NCBI GenBank assembly: GCA_963727775.1
Contig: CAVSHB010000002.1
Span: 736,001 to 800,000, forward strand
Reading direction: 5' to 3'
Length of the DNA: 64,000 bases
Origin: an uncultured Nitrospiraceae bacterium
Lineage (GTDB): Bacteria > Nitrospirota > Thermodesulfovibrionia > Thermodesulfovibrionales > SM23-35
Part shown: positions 52,605-61,203 of the stretch, one piece after another
Numbering within the stretch: the first letter of the stretch is position 1
Layout: every line of letters begins with the position of its first letter
Program-made: the position numbers and the translations under genes
The notes under the pieces: generated by a model
The model's input: the letters and a program-made list of their open reading frames with translations, nothing else
Told to the model about the DNA's origin: nothing
Database searches by the model: none

Positions 52605-53165
52605 GTGAAGAGTAAAAGGATAAAGGAACTGGGAAGGAAATTATATGGCGATTTGTTACCGGCTATGCGTTATTCAGTATTCGTTTATTTTCTATTGGTC
52701 ATCCCTTTATGTAATTTGCTCCATGCCGGAATGATGGACCGTGTGGCGGCGTATGCTGACAACATTGCGATAACGCTCAGTGAATTGGAGGCTAAATACG
52801 CTGACACCGTAAAAATAAAGCCTGACATAACAAAAGACGAGGTGCTGAATACCATGATCAATAAAGCGCTTATGCTGAAAGAGGCAAAAAAGATACGGCT
52901 GGAGGCGCCTTCTGAAGATGAACTGCTGAAAGAATATATTGATTTAAAGGTCAGGGCCTTTATCAGAATAAGGGATGCAGAGGTCACGGATTTCTATAAT
53001 AAACATATCCCGGATTTTAAAGAAAAAGAATTGGAGGATGTGCGAGCGGAAATCGAAACCTATCTCATCGAAAAAGAATTAAACCAGAGGCTGAAAACAC
53101 ATATTGATGAGCTCAGGGAGAAGTCCTGCGTAAAGATACAATTAAATCAGGGTCCCCAGAGGTAA
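52605..53165 (+). CDS. SurA N-terminal-like protein
   Basis: DRVAA...ITLSEL and IDELREK; follows the Omp85 gene. Confidence 0.65.
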   Translation: MKSKRIKELGRKLYGDLLPAMRYSVFVYFLLVIPLCNLLHAGMMDRVAAYADNIAITLSELEAKYADTVKIKPDITKDEVLNTMINKALMLKEAKKIRLEAPSEDELLKEYIDLKVRAFIRIRDAEVTDFYNKHIPDFKEKELEDVRAEIETYLIEKELNQRLKTHIDELREKSCVKIQLNQGPQR

Positions 53166-53169
53166 TGGT

Positions 53170-54138
53170 ATTCTTTCTATAGGGCATATAACGGTCACTT
53201 CTCCGTTGGTGCTTGCCCCGATGTCCGGAATAAGCGACTTGCCATACCGCCTGATCAACAGGTCTTTCGGCTGCGGCCTTGCTTTTACCGAAATGATAAG
53301 CGCCCACTCTCTCATCTACAAAAATAAAGCCACTTTGAAAATGCTTTCTACAAACCGGGACGACAAGCCTTTAGGCGTCCAGATTGTGGGACACGATCCC
53401 GAGATCATCAAAAGGGCGTTGGATATCCTGTCGGGATATGATTTTGATATCATAGATTTCAATGCTGCATGCCCGGTAAAGAAGGTTGTATCGAAGGGGG
53501 AGGGGGCCGGACTGCTCAGAGAACCGGTGAAGCTCCAAAAACTCCTGAAGCTGATCGTTGAAAACACCGGCGTGCCCGTCACGGTCAAGATACGCTCAGG
53601 CTGGGATGAAACGGCCGTAAATGCAGTAGAGACCGCCCTTTGCGCGCAGGATGCTGGGGTGAAAGCTCTTATTATACACGGCAGAACGAGAATGCAGGGG
53701 TACAGAGGAAATGTAAATTATAATATCATAAGGGAAGTAAAACAGGCGCTGGAAATACCTGTGATCGCAAGCGGTGATGCGCTGAAGCCGGTCCTTATCA
53801 AGAAAATGTTTGATGAGACAGGCTGCGACGGTGTGGCCTTAGCAAGGGGCGCGCTCGGTAATCCCTGGATATTCAGCGAGACGAGTGAGTTTCTGAAAAC
53901 CGGGACGATACTTTCCAGCCCCGAGGTTCATGAAGTAATCCGGACCATGACAAAACATCTTGATTTACTTGTCTCATTCCATGGAGAGATGACCGGCGTT
54001 ATGCTTTACAGAAAATTCTTCACGTGGTATACCAGGGGAATGGCCGTAAAGCAACTCAGAGTCAGGGCCTTCGGCGCAGAGACACGGGATGATATGCTGC
54101 GGTTGATAGGTGAAGTGCAGACATTGATGTCCCGTTAA
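53170..54138 (+). CDS. dusB: tRNA dihydrouridine synthase B (start uncertain)
   Basis: LAPMSG, NAACP, KIRSGW, HGRT and GNPWIF motifs. Confidence 0.9.
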   Translation: MLSIGHITVTSPLVLAPMSGISDLPYRLINRSFGCGLAFTEMISAHSLIYKNKATLKMLSTNRDDKPLGVQIVGHDPEIIKRALDILSGYDFDIIDFNAACPVKKVVSKGEGAGLLREPVKLQKLLKLIVENTGVPVTVKIRSGWDETAVNAVETALCAQDAGVKALIIHGRTRMQGYRGNVNYNIIREVKQALEIPVIASGDALKPVLIKKMFDETGCDGVALARGALGNPWIFSETSEFLKTGTILSSPEVHEVIRTMTKHLDLLVSFHGEMTGVMLYRKFFTWYTRGMAVKQLRVRAFGAETRDDMLRLIGEVQTLMSR

Positions 54139-54207
54139 CCCGAATAATAAGACGCAAGTATATATTTGAAACAGAAATTTAGGCGTTAGCCCAAGGAAAT
54201 TGATGAA

Positions 54208-54534
54208 ATGAAAAAATGTCCATACTGTGCTGAGGAGATTCAAGACGCGGCAATAAAGTGTAAACACTGCGGCGAGTTTCTCGATGCATCCCCCCGCCCA
54301 CATCATAGAGAAGACACTATCAAATGGTATTTCCGGAAATCTTTCATTATCATCGCAGTCTGCACCGTGGGACCTCTGGCATTGCCGTTAATCTGGTGGC
54401 GACCTAATACGACGCGCGTTTGGAAGATCGGCCTCACAATCGTGGTCCTTGCGCTAAGTTGGATATTGTTCCAATTAACTCTGGAATCCATTCGAAAGAT
54501 AACGGAGTATTACCGGCTACTTAACACAATATAG
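54208..54534 (+). CDS. Zinc-ribbon membrane protein
   Basis: CPYCAEEI...CKHCGE followed by two hydrophobic segments. Confidence 0.8.
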   Translation: MKKCPYCAEEIQDAAIKCKHCGEFLDASPRPHHREDTIKWYFRKSFIIIAVCTVGPLALPLIWWRPNTTRVWKIGLTIVVLALSWILFQLTLESIRKITEYYRLLNTI

Positions 54535-54549
54535 CAAGAGTAGATTCGA

Positions 54550-54816
54550 ATGTCTGAATATAAAAAACAAAAAAGTTCTGCAACCCACCCCAGGGTATTT
54601 CAATTAAAAAGAGATTGGAACACATGGCTCGCTCTTTCGCAATGGGTAAAAGAGACAATGAGAATGAATAGCTATTGGATCAATGTTGCACATGAGATTA
54701 GCAAGAGCCTGAAGGAAGGAAAACAACTGACTGATAAGCAGGAAGAAGATATGGGTAAATGTTGGCGACAGGCTATCAGAAAAGGTTTTGCACCAAAGGG
54801 AATAATGAGAAGTTGA
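54550..54816 (+). CDS. Hypothetical protein resembling the helical C-terminus of AIPR-family proteins
   Basis: TWLALSQWVKET...LTDKQ...AIRKGF, recognised from memory only. Confidence 0.45.
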   Translation: MSEYKKQKSSATHPRVFQLKRDWNTWLALSQWVKETMRMNSYWINVAHEISKSLKEGKQLTDKQEEDMGKCWRQAIRKGFAPKGIMRS

Positions 54817-55200
54817 CAAAAATCCTATGTTATACCGAATCGGTTTTTAGTCCTTATTGCCACAATATACCGAATGCCCCCTGATAAAACATGTTGATAT
54901 TATTAAATTCTTAACTTTTTGTTACGTTTCAGATGTGCTATAATTTCGCCATAAAACCAAAAAATAAGGTATCGGTATAATCATTGTTGAACTAAACCGC
55001 TCCGCGGTAGCCTTCCGATAAGTCATCCATCCCAATAAGATAACGCCTGTCTGTTTATTTGCTTCATCGCATTATCGTTACTTGTTGAATGAACGCAAAT
55101 CCCGATAGAATCTCTTTTCTGTATTACTGCCGGCATTAGCTGGTGTATATCCATTTTATTCGCCTCAGCGAATCCGCCGTGGCGGAAAGGAGATTTTGTC

Positions 55201-55695
55201 ATGACATTAAGAGAACAGATGCAGAGGGACCTTCAGTTAAGGGGGCTGAGTGCAAGGACGCAAGAGGTTTATCTTACTCGGCTAAGGGAACTTGCCCGTT
55301 ATTTCAAGAAATCACCTGATCAGCTTGGAGAGAGCGAAATCAAGCAGTACCTTCTTTATCTTTTGAAAGAAAAGAAGGCATCCGATTCGACAGTCCGACA
55401 ATACTATGGAGCACTGAAGTTCTTCTATCAGATAACGCTGAAGCGCAGTTGGGTAATGGAAAAGATTCCCTATTTGAAGACCAAGAAGAGACTTCCTGTT
55501 ATCCTGGACAGGGAAGAGATTGAAGCTCTTTTTGCCGCAACGGACAATATCAAGCACCGGGCTATATTGATTATCATCTACTCGGCAGGGTTGCGAATCG
55601 GGGAAGCAGCCAATCTGAGGATTGCAGATATTGACAGCAAGCGAATGACTACTAGCATTTTAGGGTCAGGTCTATATTGTTTGACTTTTATCTAA
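55201..55695 (+). pseudogene. Tyrosine recombinase truncated after box I
   Basis: SAM-like N-domain, LPVIL and YSAGLRIGE present; HxxR and catalytic Tyr absent; last codons read from the inverted repeat. Confidence 0.85.
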
Positions 55696-56591
55696 ACATC
55701 TGCTAAGCTCTCTTCATGGCCCGCCCGCTCCGCATTGAATACCCTGGCGCTGTGTATCACATTACCAGCAGAGGAAATGATAAAAAGACCGTGTTCAAAG
55801 ACGATACAGACCGGGAAACATTTCTCAGTACCCTCGCCCATGTCAATAAACGCTACTACTGGCTTTGCCACGCTTACTGCCTCATGGACAACCACTATCA
55901 CCTACTCGTCGAAACCCCGGATGGCAATCTCTCCATAGGCATGAGGCAATTAAACGGCGTTTTTACTCAGGCGCGGAACAAACGCTACCAAAAAACCGGA
56001 CATCTCTTCCAAGGCAGGTATAAGGCCATTCTTATTCAAAAAGACAGCCATCTCCTTGAAGTATGCCGTTATGTGGTGCTGAATCCCATCCGCGCAAGAA
56101 CGGTCAAAAGACTTGACGATTGGAAATGGTCCAGCTATCGGACAACAGCGGGTAAGGAACAGCTCCAGCCTTGTCTTACTATAGACTGGGTGCTCGGCCA
56201 ATTCAGCCGAACAAGAGCCGAAGCAGAGAAAGAATACCGCCAGTTTGTCAAATGTGGGATCGGTAAAGAGACAATCTGGAATGAAGTTAAGTGCCAATCG
56301 ATTCTCGGTGAAGACGATTTTGTCGCCAGTCTGAGCGATCATCTTAAAAGACACAGGGATGTTCCTGAGATACCCAAGAGCCAGCGGTTTGCCAACCGTC
56401 CTGAGCTTGACAAAATATTCACTGAGAGTATACTCAGAGACAAACGCAAGCGGGATAGGAAGATAGCCGAGGCCATTGAGAAGCACGGATACACTCAACG
56501 TTCGGTCGCCAATCACCTTGGTATGCACTTCACATACGTGAGCAGAATATTGCGCGAAAAAAAGCAAAGGTAAACAATATAGACCTGACCC
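55663..56591 (+). mobile_element. Y1 HUH transposase unit bounded by perfect 20-bp inverted repeats (STIRon-like)
   Basis: GGGTCAGGTCTATATTGTTT at 55663-55682 and its reverse complement at 56572-56591. Confidence 0.85.
55716..56573 (+). CDS. REP-associated-type Y1 tyrosine transposase with C-terminal HTH
   Basis: YHITSRGN, CLMDNHYHLL (HUH), GHLFQGRY and RYVVLNP motifs. Confidence 0.92.
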   Translation: MARPLRIEYPGAVYHITSRGNDKKTVFKDDTDRETFLSTLAHVNKRYYWLCHAYCLMDNHYHLLVETPDGNLSIGMRQLNGVFTQARNKRYQKTGHLFQGRYKAILIQKDSHLLEVCRYVVLNPIRARTVKRLDDWKWSSYRTTAGKEQLQPCLTIDWVLGQFSRTRAEAEKEYRQFVKCGIGKETIWNEVKCQSILGEDDFVASLSDHLKRHRDVPEIPKSQRFANRPELDKIFTESILRDKRKRDRKIAEAIEKHGYTQRSVANHLGMHFTYVSRILREKKQR

Positions 56592-56735
56592 CGATATTGC
56601 TGGTCGTTGACAAAAAATCAAGGTTTTGCGCCGAAAGAACTCAATACCATACGGGAAATAATTAGAAACAACAGAGATAAAATAATGGAGGCGTGGTATG
56701 AGCACTGCGGTAAAACTACAAGAAGTAAGAATTAA
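56592..56735 (+). pseudogene. 5'-truncated DUF4160 gene
   Basis: SLTKNQGFAPKELNTIREII...EAWYEH, upstream of a DUF2442 gene. Confidence 0.7.
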
Positions 56736-56979
56736 GGAAATAAGCGTCACAGAGGATACAATTACTGCTCAGCTCGTTGACGGACGTATAATCAGCGTCC
56801 CGCTTGCATGGTCGTGGCGATTGTCTGAGGCAACACCGAAGCAGCGCGCAAATTTCAGAATTATAGGAGAAGGGCATGGTGTACATTGGCCGGATATCGA
56901 TGAAGATATCAGCGCTGAAGGTATGCTTTATGGTATTCCTGCTCCCCGACCGTCAAAACACAAATCAAAATCCAAGTAA
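56698..56979 (+). CDS. DUF2442 protein
   Basis: DGRIISVPLAW and GVHWPDIDEDIS motifs. Confidence 0.9.
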   Translation: MSTAVKLQEVRIKEISVTEDTITAQLVDGRIISVPLAWSWRLSEATPKQRANFRIIGEGHGVHWPDIDEDISAEGMLYGIPAPRPSKHKSKSK

Positions 56980-56990
56980 CACAAAACAAT

Positions 56991-57078
56991 GGCCAACAAC
57001 AGCATCGACCTGACACGGTTTAAACCGCCGTTGGTTTTGCATAGGCAATTGCCGCGCCGGTTAAGGCCATCGTTATCT
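56991..57078 (+). other. Degenerate attC-like site
   Basis: GGCCAAC-AACAGCATCGACCTGAC...GCCGGTTAAGGCCATC-GTTATCT between two TA modules. Confidence 0.5.
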
Positions 57079-57164
57079 GCCAAAATAACTAAACGACACT
57101 TGAAAAATACATACGATTGATGCATACTAATGCATATATAAAATATTGATGGAAGGGGAATTTT

Positions 57165-57362
57165 ATGAGGACCACACTCAACATAGAAGACGGATTACTT
57201 GACAAGGCAGCAAAGTTGACTGGTATTAAGGAAAAAACGTCCCTTGTCAGACTTGGGCTTGAAGCACTCATAGCAAAAGAAAGCAGTAAGAGACTCGCAA
57301 ACCTCGGAGGAACAGAAAAGAAATTAAATATGATCCCTCGCAGAAGATCAGCAGGTACGTAA
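57165..57362 (+). CDS. VapB-type antitoxin
   Basis: MRTTLNIED...EKTSLV; upstream of a PIN gene. Confidence 0.85.
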   Translation: MRTTLNIEDGLLDKAAKLTGIKEKTSLVRLGLEALIAKESSKRLANLGGTEKKLNMIPRRRSAGT

Positions 57363-57363
57363 A

Positions 57364-57720
57364 ATGGTTCTTGTTGACACTTCGGTGTGGGTTGAACATC
57401 TTCGAGCCGGCAACGTCGGACTTGAAAAGCTATTGAATGAAGGCCAGGTTGTTTGTCATCTGTTCATTGTTGGAGAACTCGCTTGCGGCAATCTCTCAAA
57501 CAGGTCTGAAATCCTTTCTCTCTTGCAGGTCCTGCCTCTGGCGAACCATGCAGAACATGAAGAAGTGATGCATTTTATAGAGAATTATTCGCTTATGGGA
57601 AAAGGGTTAGGGTACATTGATATGCATCTGATTGTTTCGGCTCTATTGACGAAAGTTTCAATTTGGACACTCGACAAGAAACTCAAAGAGGTTTCTTCAA
57701 AGCTGGGGTTAGAGTACTGA
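57364..57720 (+). CDS. VapC PIN-domain toxin
   Basis: LVDTSVW, GELACG and WTLD motifs. Confidence 0.9.
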   Translation: MVLVDTSVWVEHLRAGNVGLEKLLNEGQVVCHLFIVGELACGNLSNRSEILSLLQVLPLANHAEHEEVMHFIENYSLMGKGLGYIDMHLIVSALLTKVSIWTLDKKLKEVSSKLGLEY

Positions 57721-57725
57721 TTATC

Positions 57726-57773
57726 GCGGCAGGAATAAATCGGAATGAGTGGCAGATTTCACCGGAATATACA
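57726..57773 (-). mobile_element. Isolated IS21-family-like terminus
   Basis: Minus strand TGTATATTCCGGTGAAATCTGCCACTCATTCCGATTTATTCCTGCC with repeated ATTCCG...CTGCC units; no transposase. Confidence 0.55.
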
Positions 57774-57854
57774 CCTGCATTATTTCAATTGTATTTGGAG
57801 TTACTATCTTCCTCATAATTGCAAAAAATATCTTGTTGTTCGTATAATTTACGG

Positions 57855-58421
57855 ATGGATTTACGAGGGAATTTAATAGAAATAATAAAAGAGAGATCTT
57901 TTCAGTACAGCAGCGATCCAAAATTTAAGCTCACATCCGGCGCCGTCAGTAATTTTTATTTTAATATGAAAAAAACTACCCAGTCTCCTGACGGCATGCA
58001 TTTGATAGGCCAAATTGTTTTTGAAAAGATAAAAGAGCTCGGACTCTGCCCTCACGCCATCGGCGGCCTTACTATGGGCGCAGATCCTATTGCTTATGCT
58101 GTTGCTATGTATTCTTTCGGCGTCAACGATCCTGTCCAGGCGTTTGTAATAAGAAAAGAACCTAAAGGACATGGGCTGAAACTACCGATAGAAGGAAATG
58201 TCAATCCAGGCGAACACGTAATTATCATAGATGATGTTATCACTACCGGCGGCTCCACAATAAAAGCTATAAACATCGCTAAAGAGTACGGACTGATTAT
58301 AGACGCTGTAATTGTCCTTGTAGACCGCTGCGAACAAAACGGCAGGCAGAATATAGAGGAATTAGGCTATCCGCTTTATGATATTCTGACTCTCTATGAC
58401 TTTATTCCCGCAAAAAATTAG
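57855..58421 (+). CDS. pyrE: Orotate phosphoribosyltransferase
   Basis: FKLTSG, GGLTMGADP, RKEPKGHG and IDDVITTGGS motifs. Confidence 0.88.
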   Translation: MDLRGNLIEIIKERSFQYSSDPKFKLTSGAVSNFYFNMKKTTQSPDGMHLIGQIVFEKIKELGLCPHAIGGLTMGADPIAYAVAMYSFGVNDPVQAFVIRKEPKGHGLKLPIEGNVNPGEHVIIIDDVITTGGSTIKAINIAKEYGLIIDAVIVLVDRCEQNGRQNIEELGYPLYDILTLYDFIPAKN

Positions 58422-58491
58422 CGTCTGATCTGAACAGTAAGTCGATAAATAATACCGGATGTCCTTCCGTTCTTCGGGTTTTGGGCCTGAT

Positions 58492-58815
58492 TTAGAATGT
58501 GAACGTTTCTTCTTCGGCTACCACGAATATCGGATGCCCTCCTGTGGAGATTGACACCGCGTGAGCCAGCGTCTCCTTCGCTCCCTCCGTGGCGGCACAG
58601 GCATTCAAAGCATCTATCGACGGGAAGTAAACCTCTGCAATCCGGTAAAAGGGCGGTGTTCCCTGAGGCGCGCCGATTACTTTTGTCGCCACAAACTTAG
58701 TTTTGCCCACCAGTTTTTCAACAGCCATCGGGACGTGTTCCTCCTGATACAGCTTTTCGAAAGCTTCGATATCGGCGGGACGAGGATAGATCACTATAAA
58801 TTTTACTTCAGCCAT
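58492..58815 (-). CDS. EthD family protein
   Basis: YPRP...FEKLY..EHVP; GGAGG ribosome-binding site. Confidence 0.8.
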   Translation of the reverse strand: MAEVKFIVIYPRPADIEAFEKLYQEEHVPMAVEKLVGKTKFVATKVIGAPQGTPPFYRIAEVYFPSIDALNACAATEGAKETLAHAVSISTGGHPIFVVAEEETFTF

Positions 58816-59109
58816 TTTTCCCTCCTGAATTTTGTTTATATATTTCAGTTTACCCCCACCGGCTGCAAAATCAAGTCCGCGTCCTCTATAAGGGACTAAA
58901 AACTCACTGCCGATATTATGCAAATAAATTCAGCCGGACCAAATAATGCAAACATTGTTCGATAAATAATTTAAAATATCTTTTGTGGAAGTATTCATAA
59001 GAATAAGCCTTGGATTATTTCTTGGAATTATACTAAGGTACCGGCAAATTAAAAAATCTCAATCACGAGTTATACGCGTGATAGTATTCCAATTGGGGTT
59101 TAGGCGCTG

Positions 59110-59553
59110 ATGAATAAGCTGATCATCCGCGATATGAGGGACAATGATCTGCCTTCCATATTGGAAATAGAACAGATTTCGTTTACAACCCCGTGGTCCG
59201 AACAATCTTTCCTTAACGAAATTTACAAAAAGTACGCTTTTTCAAAAGTCGCCGTGTTTGAGGAAAAGATTACAGGGTTCATCTGCGTGAATTATCTGCT
59301 CCACGAATCCCATCTCCTCGACCTCGCGGTCCATCCGGATTTCAGGAGGCGGGGGATCGCAACCATGCTGATGGATGAAGCCATGAAGGGATTGAAAAAA
59401 ATGGGCTGTGTTTTTGTGTACCTTGAAGTCAGAGTTTCAAATACCGGCGCACAAAAATTCTATGAACGGTTCGGGTTTAAGGTTGACGGCATCAGGAGAA
59501 AATACTACGGCAACCCGGATGAGGACGCGCTACTGATGATGGGAAGGCTATGA
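59110..59553 (+). CDS. rimI: Ribosomal-protein alanine N-acetyltransferase
   Basis: SFTTPWS, RRRGIA, LEVRVSN and RRKYY..EDA motifs. Confidence 0.92.
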   Translation: MNKLIIRDMRDNDLPSILEIEQISFTTPWSEQSFLNEIYKKYAFSKVAVFEEKITGFICVNYLLHESHLLDLAVHPDFRRRGIATMLMDEAMKGLKKMGCVFVYLEVRVSNTGAQKFYERFGFKVDGIRRKYYGNPDEDALLMMGRL

Positions 59554-59611
59554 ACATATCTATCAGTGTACTATGGTTAGGATCTTCCGGTGAAAACGTT
59601 ATGGGAATGCT

Positions 59612-59770
59612 TCAATATTTAAGAAAGAGCGGTTTATGAATTTTAGGTTTCTTATCTTTCCCACCTTTTTTATGCTTAGGAGAGCGGCACATATTGCAGC
59701 GCACTTCGCTGCAGTATTGGCAAAAGGTGCAGTCGGGGCACGGGTTCTTTTGCAGAGTTTTCTTTTCCAT
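59612..59770 (-). CDS. Unannotated 52-aa Cys-cluster, Lys-rich protein
   Basis: Hand translation MEKKTLQKNPCPDCTFCQYCSEVRCNMCRSPKHKKGGKDKKPKIHKPLFLKY. Confidence 0.65.
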   Translation of the reverse strand: MEKKTLQKNPCPDCTFCQYCSEVRCNMCRSPKHKKGGKDKKPKIHKPLFLKY

Positions 59771-59825
59771 AGTTATATTTTACAATCTTTTACTGGTTTA
59801 ACGTTTATGTGTATCAACTGAAATA

Positions 59826-60617
59826 ATGCATATCGTCGGCATATACGATCTTGGTAAGGAGAAGGAAAACCTGGCGGGCGCTTTGGCAGCGGCCTTGGGC
59901 AGGACTAACTGCGAGGCTATGGCCCGCTTGCGTGCGCCCGGAGAAGGTCCGCTGATCGTTGCTGTTTTTGCCATGGCGGAGCAGGCAGGGCTTCTTTCTG
60001 AAAAGCTCCGGTATGCCGGGTTTAAAGCAGTGGTCCTCACTGCGGATGAGATAGAGGCGGAAAAACATGCACGAATAGTGAGACGGTTCGGGCTTGGTGA
60101 TCAGGACCTGTTTATTGAAACGGACAAAGCTGAAAGGCTCACTGTCCCTTTCCTTGATATAGCACTTATCCTGCGCGGGACCGGGATCGTGAGCGCTATG
60201 TCCTCCGAGACGCTCAAGAGCCGCTCGGTGAGCCTGGGGCGTGCGGTGCTTTCCGGCGGGATGATGATCAGTAAGACCAAAAAAGATGTTCGTGAGGTCA
60301 GGACCGAGGAAAGGGAAGGTTTCGTCAACCTGTATGCGGGAGGTGCGCCGACCCTCGTTTTCAGAGAGAATTCCATCGCATATGATTCGCTCGGTCCCGA
60401 ACTCAGACCTTCACGCGCAGCGAACTTCGTCTATCTTGTGTCCGAATTTCGCCGGCGCTGCACAACCGCCCGGTATGACGAGCGTCTGCTGACCAGAGCG
60501 GGGCAGGCCTTTCTGCTTGGTCCTTCGCTTGTCCCCGAAGAGAGTCCGGCCATTGCCACGGCGCTCCTTGCAAAGACACTCCGTTTATTGTTGCAATCAA
60601 AGACTGAGATTTCGTAA
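59826..60617 (+). CDS. Hypothetical protein
   Basis: 263-aa ORF with protein-like composition. Confidence 0.75.
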   Translation: MHIVGIYDLGKEKENLAGALAAALGRTNCEAMARLRAPGEGPLIVAVFAMAEQAGLLSEKLRYAGFKAVVLTADEIEAEKHARIVRRFGLGDQDLFIETDKAERLTVPFLDIALILRGTGIVSAMSSETLKSRSVSLGRAVLSGGMMISKTKKDVREVRTEEREGFVNLYAGGAPTLVFRENSIAYDSLGPELRPSRAANFVYLVSEFRRRCTTARYDERLLTRAGQAFLLGPSLVPEESPAIATALLAKTLRLLLQSKTEIS

Positions 60618-60646
60618 AATAAGAAAAATAACAGGAGGTAATTGTT

Positions 60647-60691
60647 ATGTGTAAAAAATGCAGTTGTGGAAAAGGCGGCAAAAAGAAATAA
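60647..60691 (+). CDS. Candidate 14-aa peptide MCKKCSCGKGGKKK
   Basis: AGGAGGT 7 nt before the ATG; terminator follows. Confidence 0.55.
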   Translation: MCKKCSCGKGGKKK

Positions 60692-60720
60692 ATAGAAAGC
60701 AAGGTCCACTAAGGAACTTT

Positions 60721-60752
60721 AGGGGCGGGACAAAGATTCCGCCCTTTTTTTT
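60721..60752 (+). terminator. Intrinsic terminator
   Basis: GGGCGGGA-loop-TTCCGCCC followed by T8. Confidence 0.8.
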
Positions 60753-61128
60753 ATTTCTTCTCAATATAATAAAGGACTTTACTGCCGGAGGTTACAACCT
60801 GCGATATCCGAAAGCCTGCGTCGAATAATTGATTGAGTCGAAACTCATATGTAGTTAGTGCGGCGCTGTAACAAGTTAATGTGGTATCGGGAAATGCGAA
60901 TTGATTCAATAAAAGCTTTTTATCTTTTGGGGTACAAACAATAATGCTAAGTGAGTCCAAAGGCCCGTTTGAGCTTGCCTGAATTTCCATTGCTACATTC
61001 TGAACAAAATCAGGACTTAATCTGCCACTGATGTTATATTCACAAGAATTCGGGCCGCTATTTTTATCGCAATCGAAAGCAAACGCGAACGTTGGGAAAA
61101 ATAACAGGATAATTATTATTTTTTTCAT
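60751..61128 (-). CDS. Hypothetical exported protein
   Basis: MKKIIIILL...AFA signal; AAGGAGG ribosome-binding site. Confidence 0.7.
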   Translation of the reverse strand: MKKIIIILLFFPTFAFAFDCDKNSGPNSCEYNISGRLSPDFVQNVAMEIQASSNGPLDSLSIIVCTPKDKKLLLNQFAFPDTTLTCYSAALTTYEFRLNQLFDAGFRISQVVTSGSKVLYYIEKK

Positions 61129-61203
61129 GCCATATCCTCCTTCTTATACGCGTATATCTATTTATACCAGAATGGATAACAAAATATAAGTGGCTATGTT
61201 GAC

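Noticed and set aside
54132..54192. Possible attC site before the zinc-ribbon gene (GGCGTTAGCC)
   Set aside because: Only the right core fits; there is no convincing palindrome or matching site after the gene.
55201..55695. Integron integrase serving the attC sites
   Set aside because: Truncated before the catalytic residues, so the IntI-specific insertion cannot be seen and it cannot be functional.
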